From positions 204,476,001 through 204,540,000 of the forward strand of contig OX597814.1 of the NCBI GenBank assembly GCA_951406725.2: a stretch of 64,000 bases of DNA. Reading direction: 5' to 3'. This stretch comes from Octopus vulgaris (lineage: Eukaryota). A program made the translations under genes and the position numbers. The notes beneath the pieces were generated by a model, which saw nothing but the letters and a program-made list of their open reading frames with translations, was not told the DNA's origin and ran no database searches. The number at the start of each line of letters is the position of its first letter. Within the stretch, counting starts at the first letter, position 1. Positions 54,375-64,000 of the stretch are shown here, piece after piece.

Positions 54375-54954
54375 GCAGTAGTGGTGAGATGTGACAGCAA
54401 AGAAAAGCATACATTCACTCTCTGCATGCAATTAGACTCGGAAAGTTCGTGAGGAACCCATTGACCCAATTTGCTGACTTTTCCGATAGCACACAGGTCT
54501 CAATGAATGGTTGAATGACCAAATCCAAGCTTCTCTGCTAGTTCCTCAACAGTTACGATGAGATTTTGTTCCACCAGGGTTTTCAGGATGTCCTTGTCGA
54601 GTTCTACAGATCTTTCAGGATGAGGCTCGTCTTCTAGGCTGTAGTTTATGGCTCGGAATTTCTGGAACCACCATTGACACTGCCTTACGCTTATTGTCCA
54701 ATCCCCATATACTGCATTTGCGTTGTTGTCTTTATTGAACTCATAAAGCAAAATATGCCAAATATGCTCCTTTGTTACTTCCAACATAGCTTTGAAAAAA
54801 TAGCTGTTAAAATCGAAATGCACTCTTCAAAACTTGCACTATGAATAAGGACAAGATAAAATTACTACCTGCTTTTATAGCAAGTTAATATAAGTAGTTT
54901 ATCCCATTCCCCTCTGACTTTTAGTTCAAGCTGTTGAAAAAACCGCATTATTAT
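54375..54954 (-). mobile_element. 5' part of a mariner from the same family as 4481-5524
   Basis: HTH region HIWHILLYEFNK..WFQKFRA.NYSLEDEPHPER..EELAEKLGFGHSTIH. The DNA is highly similar to 5140-5520. TIR aaaaaaccgcattattat at about 54937-54954. Confidence 0.85.
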
Positions 54955-55860
54955 ATATATATACATACATACATACATACATACATATACACACACACTC
55001 TCTCTCTCACACACATGCACACATTTATATTCTGTTATTCTTTTATATGTTTCAGCCTTGAGGTTGTGGCCATGCTGGATCATGTGTGTGTGTGTGTGTG
55101 TGTGTGTGTCTATCTGTCTGTCTGTATGTATATATGTATATGTATGTGTGTGAATAATAATATTTTCAACAGATGTGTTGCAAATGTATCTGATTGTTCT
55201 CAAGCTTCAAATTTACTCTCTTCCAAGAACATTTTCACTCACTCTTATTTGTTAGCTTCCCATACATTTTACTCATGTATCTATCAGCGTTCATGGACAG
55301 TAACAAATATTACATCTAGTTTCATTTTATTCGTTACACAGTGTGTGTGTGCGTTTGCGTGTGCTGTAAACCAGACTAAGAAAAGCATTTGACACACACA
55401 CACCAGAATGTGAGTTTTCTGTAAATTTTGCTTAATTGGAGTTTAAATTTTAAAAACTGGAGCTGGCATGACGCGATGCATTGTACTCTTAAAATTGCTA
55501 GGTAAATTGTAATTGAAGAAATCCTATATTGTAGATTTGTATAACTCCCAAAGGGAGGCAGATAAAATCTGCCTTTTATAATAAGAGATAGGTTATATAT
55601 ATATATATATATATAGGTTATATATATATATATATATATAGGTTATATAGAGGTAATGGTGTCAGTAAGACCCAAATGTGTCAGGTAATGCTGGGTAAGT
55701 GCTATGGACAGACTATAGTTAAGCTCCAGGTTCGGTGATTATGCGAATAAGGAGTCCAACGTAGGTTATATATCAGTATGTGTATATATAAAAACATTTT
55801 TTTTTTCAGAATTAGATAAAAGAACCAAAGCTGTGAAGATTTTAGAACATTTATAAATAT

Positions 55861-55908
55861 GTCTTACAGCTGTTCCCGGGATATTTATTATATCCCTTCA
55901 TCGGAGAC
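55861..55908 (-). ncRNA. Hammerhead-like motif with core substitutions
   Basis: GUCU-CCGAUGA-A-GGGAUAU AAUAA AUAUCCC-GGGAA-CAGCUG-UA-AGAC. There is a 7-bp stem II, a palindromic stem III and a 4-bp stem I. Confidence 0.5.
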
Positions 55909-56850
55909 GGTGTGAGAAAATGGTTAAGCAATAGTTATTTTAGATAAGGTATGAAATAGAGAGTGAAGTGGAGGAATGAAAATAGATGTGAGATATGCAG
56001 GGATACTGCATTTGTAGATCTTTTATTTAGGCAGAATGATATACATATAAGATCCCTGTACCTTGTGAGTAAATTCCAATAGTATTTAAACGTGTTCATT
56101 CCAAGTATAGAATTTGTACACAGTGCTATTGAATCGAGGGTTTTATTTAATGTGACCTAAAAGTAGGGAATGTTTTTGTAAGGTCAAATCGAAAACAGGA
56201 AGAGATGAATAAAGAAAAGAGAAAAAAATTTAAAAGAAACAGGATGAGTGGAATAAAGAAAAGAAAGAAAAAAGGAAAAAAGAAAAACAATGAGAGAGAT
56301 AGTAAAGAGATGAAGACAGGAAAAGTGTACCAGTTAGTGGTCAGTCAAGATAAATTGAAAGTAGGAACGGGGAGATGAGAGTGACAGAGAGAGAAAGATA
56401 TTAGAGTGTAAAAAGATGATAGGGTAAAGACTAAAGTAGTGTCAGATAGAAGGAATGGGGTTGATAGAGAGAGAGAGAAAGAGAGAGCGAGAGAGAGAGA
56501 GCGAGAGGGGGGTATAATAGTATAAAAAGTAAAGGAGTGTCAATTATGTAGTGATAGAATCTAAGTGGTGGGGCAGAGGGAAGGGTTATAATATATGGTG
56601 GGATGAAGAATTTAGGAATATAGATGAGGTTGGTTGGATAGGTCAGTGCTTAGTAATACAAGAATATATATATGTATATATATATATATATTTATATAGA
56701 TATTTATACATATCAATATTTACATATACAACATGGATGTGCATGTGTGCATATACATTTGAGTGCGAGATTAAGATGAAAAGTATTGACACTTGTCAAG
56801 GGCGGAAACACATAAGATCATTTATGTAGATTGCGTGTTTATACACACAC

Positions 56851-57238
<388 letters not shown>

Positions 57239-58404
57239 GTGGGAAAAGCTTTTGTTTTATTAAATTCATGTCTACATATAAGTTTAATTATTTAAAAATT
57301 TTCGATCTCTCTTGTTTCCATCCTTTTTTTTTAACAGTAGGTTTCAAACAATAGAATTCCTAAATCTATGCTGGAGTTTTCAAATCTTCACAGTCTTATT
57401 TTAAAGAGCTGAATATGTTTGGCGGCTGTATTATTTATTACGTACTGGTTGAATTCGTCAATCTGTTGAGCAAGTCTACATGGATTCAATTAATAAGTAA
57501 GAAACAACACAGATGCCAAGAATATTTAATTCTTGAAAATGAGACTGTGAATATCTGGAAACATCGAGTATGGATACAAGAACTCTATTGTTCCAAATAA
57601 CTATAAAAAAAAAACTAGTAAGAAAATAACAAAAACCTAAAATGAAGATATAAAACTTGAACATTATCGTATATTTAATGAAACACGTACACACATATAT
57701 ATTTGAGAGGACGAAGCAGGCACGAGGTTCCGTGTTCGATCCCACTGTATAGCATATTTAGTATGTGCTTTTACCGAAGGTCGACTCAACCTTTGTGAGT
57801 AAATGTGGGGTGCACGTAAACTGAGCAGAAACATTTTAGGTGGATTTTACCTCTTATTCAAAAGTTCGGACATGTCCCTCTGATTTTACTTAGGAATTAC
57901 GTTAAGTATGGTTTTAATCTGTATCCTTTGTGGGAATCTGGTTCGAGAATTTCAGGATTTTTAGGGGTGTGGAATCACCTTTTAGCCACAGGATTACTCT
58001 GACCCGGAGTGGTGGCACCTTTCAGGGTCAATTAGCATGTAATGACATCCCATTGGGGCTCAGGAATGCAGAAATACCCATGGTTTGTCAGAATGTGGAG
58101 TAGAGCCACAGGGAGTAAGGGACCCCTAGCTGCTGTCACAGAGCCCTTTTAGGAGAGGGACACACTGATGTAAAATCTGAGGTTTCACATGATTTCTTGG
58201 TATTAATCATGAAGGTTCAGAGAGTAGAACTCCTGTTGTGCGAGCATTGATCACAATAAAGCAATGACCTACAGATGTCTCTTTATGGTTACTTCATTTG
58301 CAATTCGATTTACTTAAAATTCTAAGCCCATCGAAGAGTGGCAACATGTGCAGGCCTAGCCAGTTGGTAAGTTACAATTTTTGCTTCTCAACTATGCTTC
58401 AAAA

Positions 58405-58600
<196 letters not shown>

Positions 58601-58648
58601 GCAGAAAATTATATATATATATATATACTTTATTTTAAGCAGTTTTAG

Positions 58649-58699
58649 CAAAAACTGTCTGATGAACGGCAACGAGAAACTCAGAGTAACAGATTTTGT
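58649..58699 (+). ncRNA. Type-I hammerhead ribozyme motif
   Basis: CUGU-CUGAUGA-ACG GCAA CGA-GAAA-CUCAGAG-UA-ACAG. The conserved core is complete, with a GUA cleavage triplet. Stem I CUGU/ACAG extends into a long flanking inverted repeat. Confidence 0.7.
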
Positions 58700-58796
58700 T
58701 GAATTTTCTGCTGCTTAAAATAAAGCATATTACTCTACCACTGGTATTTGAGTACTCTTTTTTTCCACCTTGTTTCACATTTATGTGTTTTACTCC

Positions 58797-58865
<69 letters not shown>

Positions 58866-59030
58866 TACGGAGATGTACTCGCATGGCTAGTAATTTGATC
58901 TGAGATCGTGTGCTGAAACGAAAACAATTGCAGCGTGGAAGGTGTTTATAAGCCATTTAAGAAACACACAAAAGCCGTTCGATTCACTTCACCATTTATA
59001 TATATATATATATATATATATCACTTCACC

Positions 59031-59112
<82 letters not shown>

Positions 59113-59718
59113 GGAGGCGGAACGGCCCAGTGGTTAGGGCAGCGGACTCGCGGTCGTAGGATCGCGGTTTCGATTCCCAGACGGGTGTTGTGAATGTTTA
59201 TTGAGCGAAAACACCTATAGCTCCACGAGGCTCCGGCAGGAGGATGGTGGCGATCCCTGCTGATCTATTTCGTTAAGTCATAACAAGGTGAGGTGGTGAA
59301 CGCTGGAAGAACAAACTTTGACAGGAGAAAAGTTAGGAGAGGAAACAAACAAGAAAGCGTCTGATCTGTGTAGCAGATCGAAGGGAAAGAAAGAAGCTCA
59401 AGCAAGGAAAAGAAAGATGGCTGATGGTCACGTGTGAGCAACGAGAAAGCAAAGGAGAAAGAGTGAGAAAGAGAGAGGGGCAGATAGAAAACGGTGAAGG
59501 GGAGGGGAAAAGAATTAGAGAAAATTTGAGAGAGAAAAAATGAAAGGGGGAGAAGGGGAGATAAAAAGAATTAGCGAAAGGAAGAGAGAGGAAACGAAGG
59601 GGAGAGGGAAAGAGAAAGAAAACAGTAAGATAGAGTCGCATCGGAATTATTAGGATAAACTTACTTGGAAATGGATGCGTGGCGTTCAATCATATAATAA
59701 TGTAAATAATATATATAT

Positions 59719-60807
59719 TGTTACGAGGGGGGACCTCCGAAAACTGTACGGAATCCCTCAGACAGGCCCGATTCGATCAGCGAATATTCCCGCCACGGAA
59801 ACTTCTCGGAGAGAGGAGAGGAGAGACACAACAACAACAACCGCAGCAGCACAGAGAGATACAGAGGCACAGAGGCAAGGCAACAACTGGCTTATATTCA
59901 ACAACTAGTTTATATGACAATCAATGGTTACAACATCAAAGCATTTAAGGCAAACAACAAATCAATACATCATACGGGTATACCACAGATCAAAGCATTT
60001 AGCAACATGCAAGTAACAATATAACAGTCCGGAGACACAACAAGTCATATACAGTATTTCAAAGGTACACGTCCGAAGACACAGTTCTTTTCCCAAATCA
60101 CATCAACAGATAACGTTCACAGTTCTTTATAATCTTTTTCTACACATATCAACACAATTCTGAACATAAATACCACAACTCGATAATCGACATATCGACA
60201 AGTCCTTGACTGTTCTTTTCACTGTTCAATACACCGTGACACGTATCAATACATAATCAAATACCTTAATTCCTAATTAGAATCGCCAGTGTCCCATTCC
60301 GCACTCCATCTCTCCGTACCGCTAATTCCTCCGTACATATTCCCTTCTGTGCCGCCAAGTTCTCTCGCATCCCAACTTACTCCTAAGATTCCACCGCTTG
60401 CTCCTAACTTCCAAGAATCCGACCGTGTTCTTCGAGGACCGACCACCGACTGCCAAGACCTCACTTCCTCTCTAACTGCCCTGTTCCCTTACTGCCTATC
60501 TCTATCGCCTCAATCTGTCCCTTAGCCTTATACTCTATCTCTCTCACTACCTTTCTTCTCTCTGCCCCTCATCCTCTCTTACTGTCAATACCCTCTCCAT
60601 CTGCTCTTAGATTCCCTACTCTATCTTTTTCTTACTACTGCTAGATTCTTCCTCACATATTCAAGGGGTGTCTAGAACGACCTCTAATTCACCCGAAAGG
60701 GGTCGCAGAGTTTACCCAGAACCGATCAATCCACCTGAATCTGACAGGACAATGGGTTTATCCCAAAAGTAGGTCAAGAAGTACCGTGAACTGAACTATT
60801 CACAACA
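59719..60807. mobile_element. Probable solo LTR (about 1.09 kb)
   Basis: Ends TGTTACG...CACAACA (TG..CA with TGTT/AACA termini), flanked by ATAT on both sides within a TA tract. Non-coding, with a composition distinct from its flanks. Confidence 0.65.
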
Positions 60808-60819
60808 ATATATATATAT

Positions 60820-61757
60820 ATATAAATTAAATTAGAGATAAAACCACTATTAGGCAACTCAAACAGTGATAGACATAAACCAAAACATAAAAAACAAAAA
60901 ATAAATATAATTAATATAATATACAATATATATATATAAAATTTTAAAGTTTAAATTCTTAAAATTTGAAATTTATAACATTATATTTATAACATTATAT
61001 TTTTTCATTATATGTCTATTTAGTTCTTAATTATTATATTTATTGATAATAATTTAGTTATTATTCTTAAATATTTTATAATTATTAGATGTGAACTTAA
61101 ATTTAAAAATATGCATAGTGATTATTTTGTTAAATAATTTAGATATTGACTATAACTGAGTTAAGGATATTCGTGAGTTTATTATGTTTTTTAAAGTCAT
61201 ATTATATCTTAATAGATAAATACATTTTTCTATCCATTTTTTTTTCCTTAAAAATAATTATTTAACATAATAAATGGGTTGTTTTAAGTTTCTAATTTGA
61301 TAATAGAGTTTTTTATAAGAAAAATGATTATTTCATTTATTTCTTTAAAAATATTGTTTAACTCTATTTGCTTATTTATTTAACTATTATCATTAACTAT
61401 AATTTTAATTCGAGTTTTTAATTGAATTTAAACTTAATTGTAATTCGAACTGAATTATAGCCATGAAACGTACGTAGTGTTTTTACTTATTATATTATAT
61501 TTAACTCTTTTATACTTTTTGGTTAGTTATAAAAAAAAGTTTAAAAATTTAAAAATTTATTTAAAGATATAAAAATATAAAAATTTATAAATATAATTTT
61601 ATATATTTCAAATTTTAAGAATTTAAAATTTAAAATTTTATATTTTATATATATATTGTATATTTTATTAATCATATTTATTTTTTGTTTTTATGCTTTG
61701 GCTTACGTCTAACACTGAGTTGCCTAATAGTGGTTTTATCTCTAATTTAATTTATAT
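60820..61757. repeat. Extremely AT-rich foldback element of about 940 bp, with terminal inverted repeats of about 150 bp
   Basis: ataaattaaattagagataaaaccactattaggcaactca is mirrored by tgagttgcctaatagtggttttatctctaatttaatttat. Confidence 0.85.
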
Positions 61758-61821
61758 TTATACTGTGAAATTTGATTTAATCCTAAATCTAATTTTTCCC
61801 TGTAAGTCTGGATATACTCCC

Positions 61822-61897
<76 letters not shown>

Positions 61898-62008
61898 AAT
61901 AATATTAGGGAGTATATCCAAACTTACAGGGAAAAACTGTGCCCGCGTGTGTACCGTTGGCAATTTTTTTCCCTCTGTCTTCCCTTCTGGGATCTTTCCT
62001 TCTCCTAT

Positions 62009-62043
62009 GTTTCCGACGAAGAGCTCCGCTCGAAACGTTAAAC
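62009..62043 (+). ncRNA. Minimal hammerhead-like motif; degenerate copy at 26346-26380
   Basis: GUUU-CCGACGA-A-GAGC UCC GCUC-GAAA-CG-UU-AAAC. The sister copy has CUGACG. Confidence 0.5.
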
Positions 62044-62140
62044 CCACCTTCTTCCCTTCCTTCATGAGCGTCCAATAATACTATATTTGCTCCACGTCCT
62101 CGCGTTGTTGTGATTTCTCTTTGTGTTTTCATGTTTGTAT

Positions 62141-62191
<51 letters not shown>

Positions 62192-62318
62192 TATAAGCAA
62201 GGGCTAAAGAAGGTTATTCTAAAGCCAATATACTGATAATCCACGTTTAATCTACTTGCTACAGAAAGTTGAACTGAAATTCGGGCAACTAAACCTTTGG
62301 AACCCTTAAATTTCGTTA

Positions 62319-62379
62319 TCTCAATATTGAATCAATTTCGGAATTAACCACATAAGGGTTCGTTCGTCTTCAGTTAAGC
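62319..62379 (-). ncRNA. Type-I hammerhead ribozyme motif within a 490-bp direct-repeat unit
   Basis: CUUAA-CUGAAGA-C GAA..AACC CUUAUGU GGUU..UUC C-GAAA-UUGAUUCAA-UA-UUGAG. Stems I, II and III all pair, but 10.1-11.1 is a C-C mismatch. Confidence 0.62.
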
Positions 62380-63095
62380 TTACGAGAGAATATAAGTAAG
62401 ATACTCACATGCGCCTCTGGAAAACAGCGGAAGCGAATAACACAAGCACATCTGAGTAACCCAATTATATCCAAAAATAAAAGTTCTTAGGTTAGTCTCA
62501 GAACAACATGTTGACTTCCCGCCGCTACATATTGTAGTGGTTACAAGTCCCCCTGCAGCAAGCAGTAATCAATTTACTACTATTAAAAGGGATGAAGCCT
62601 TTTTCTCTACAGAAAAAAACTCCATCAGGAATTGTGGCAGTATATTAAAAGAACCTTTACGGTTAAAAATTACAAATATGTTACAAGCAAGGGCTAAAGA
62701 AGGTCATTCTAAAGCCAATATACTGATAATCTACGTTTAATCTACTTGCTACAGAAAGTTGAACTGAAATTCGGGCAACTAAACCTTTGGAACCCTTAAA
62801 TTTCGTTATCTCAATATTGAATCAATTTCGGAATTAACCACATATATATATGTGACGTCATAAAGCGTAAACAACAGGCTATATGAAATACAGAGTAAAA
62901 GTCAACATGTCCACTGACATGAAAACCGATAGGTCAAATATTTTGATAACAAGCGATGCGTGACATCGGTGTATGAGATTAACGGTCAAAAACTTGTAGC
63001 AGGAAAGTCTTCATCCAGTCTACAAGAAACAACACAAATGCTAAGTATATTCATTTCTTGAAAATGAAACTGTAAAAGTTTGTAAACGTCGAATA

Positions 63096-63590
63096 TGAGT
63101 TCGATGAAGAGCGATTGAATCAACGTCTTCACGAAAACCCGCGTCAAATGGCCAGAGAATTGGCGGAACAGACAGATTGTGATAAAAAAAAACTGTGGTG
63201 AAGTACCTTCCCTCAGTGGGCAAGGTTCATCGAACTCAGTTGGCCGACCGGTCTGTGATCCGTCCTTGAGGTCAAAATTCCTACTTTTGAAGCACGAAAC
63301 CCAACTGCTCCTATTCCGTACACAGCACAACTCTCACGAGCAGCTTCGGCGGGCTCAACACCGCGATTAAAGGCAAAAGGCAAATAATGTCGAAAATGCT
63401 GTTTTGTCTACTTCACTTTCCATTCTAATGATCTGAAAATACACAAAAATCAGTAAAATTAAAAAAGCAAAAAAAAAAAAAAAATTCCCTTTCATACATC
63501 ATAAAACATTTTGCCAATGCGTTTTATTTCTGCGTGCATTTTTAAATTTGAAGCAAACGCTCATGAATTATTCCTCAATCCATATTTTGA
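63096..63590. mobile_element. Mariner 5' fragment with an internal inversion
   Basis: The minus strand gives WVSCFKSRNFDLKDGSQTGRPTEFDE. Its continuation EFDEERLNQRLHENPRQMARELAEQ..TVVKYLPSVGKV is on the plus strand at 63097-63228. Confidence 0.75.
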
Positions 63591-64000
63591 ACTAGTCGGA
63601 TGCACTGCGATTTCCATGTAGTGTTCGAAAGTTTAGCTTGTTATTTTCTTTATGATACAGTTGAAACATTATCGCCAGGAGCTTCCATTTACCTTCTTGC
63701 AACGTTCAGAAAGTCGGCAATTTTTAAATCTTTGCGTTCCGCGCGTATGGCAACAATGAATGTCTTTTCGTTTGTTATGTTAGCATTTTATTTGCCATGG
63801 GGTATCCGAAAGAAATTGAATCCTTTCAATTGGTTTGAAGAGAGTAATATACTGATAATTAAGTGTCTTCAGAAGCACCCCCAAAGACTTTGTATAGACA
63901 CACAAACACACACACACATTATACATACACAAACATAAATACACAGACACACATGTATTTTTGCGTGCATGTGTAAACGATAGACACACATACATACACA

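Noticed and set aside
61460-61480. GAAACGUACGUA, resembling the 3' half of a hammerhead, inside the AT-rich foldback
   Set aside because: No matching CUGANGA was found upstream.

Overview
AT-rich, microsatellite- and transposon-dense eukaryotic DNA. The repeat families look like those of a coleoid cephalopod such as Octopus; this is inferred from recall, not from a search. Two host genes are visible, pointing away from each other. On the minus strand, two coding exons of SYS1 lie at 8512-8673 and 79-146. On the plus strand, the first coding exon of a stabilin-like receptor lies at 35735-36068, and no further exon was recognisable in the next 28 kb. The rest is decayed mobile DNA: mariner, Merlin, R4/Dong-type RLE retrotransposons clustered in (TAA)n tracts, a deleted Ty3/Gypsy with its LTR, a solo LTR, Penelope-like RT and Naiad-type GIY-YIG fragments, non-autonomous Helitron/Helentron elements and several tRNA-derived SINE families. 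The strongest unexplained signal is about 12 type-I hammerhead-ribozyme-like motifs in about 8 unrelated small non-coding repeat families. They include a 490-bp unit with a 164-bp terminal direct repeat (retrozyme-like 1.3-mer, 62191-62844) and a 300-bp palindrome with one core on each arm (26626-26927). The window also holds many foldback structures, from a perfect 68-bp hairpin to a 3.4-kb inverted duplication. All ribozyme folds were paired by eye and repeat boundaries are approximate.
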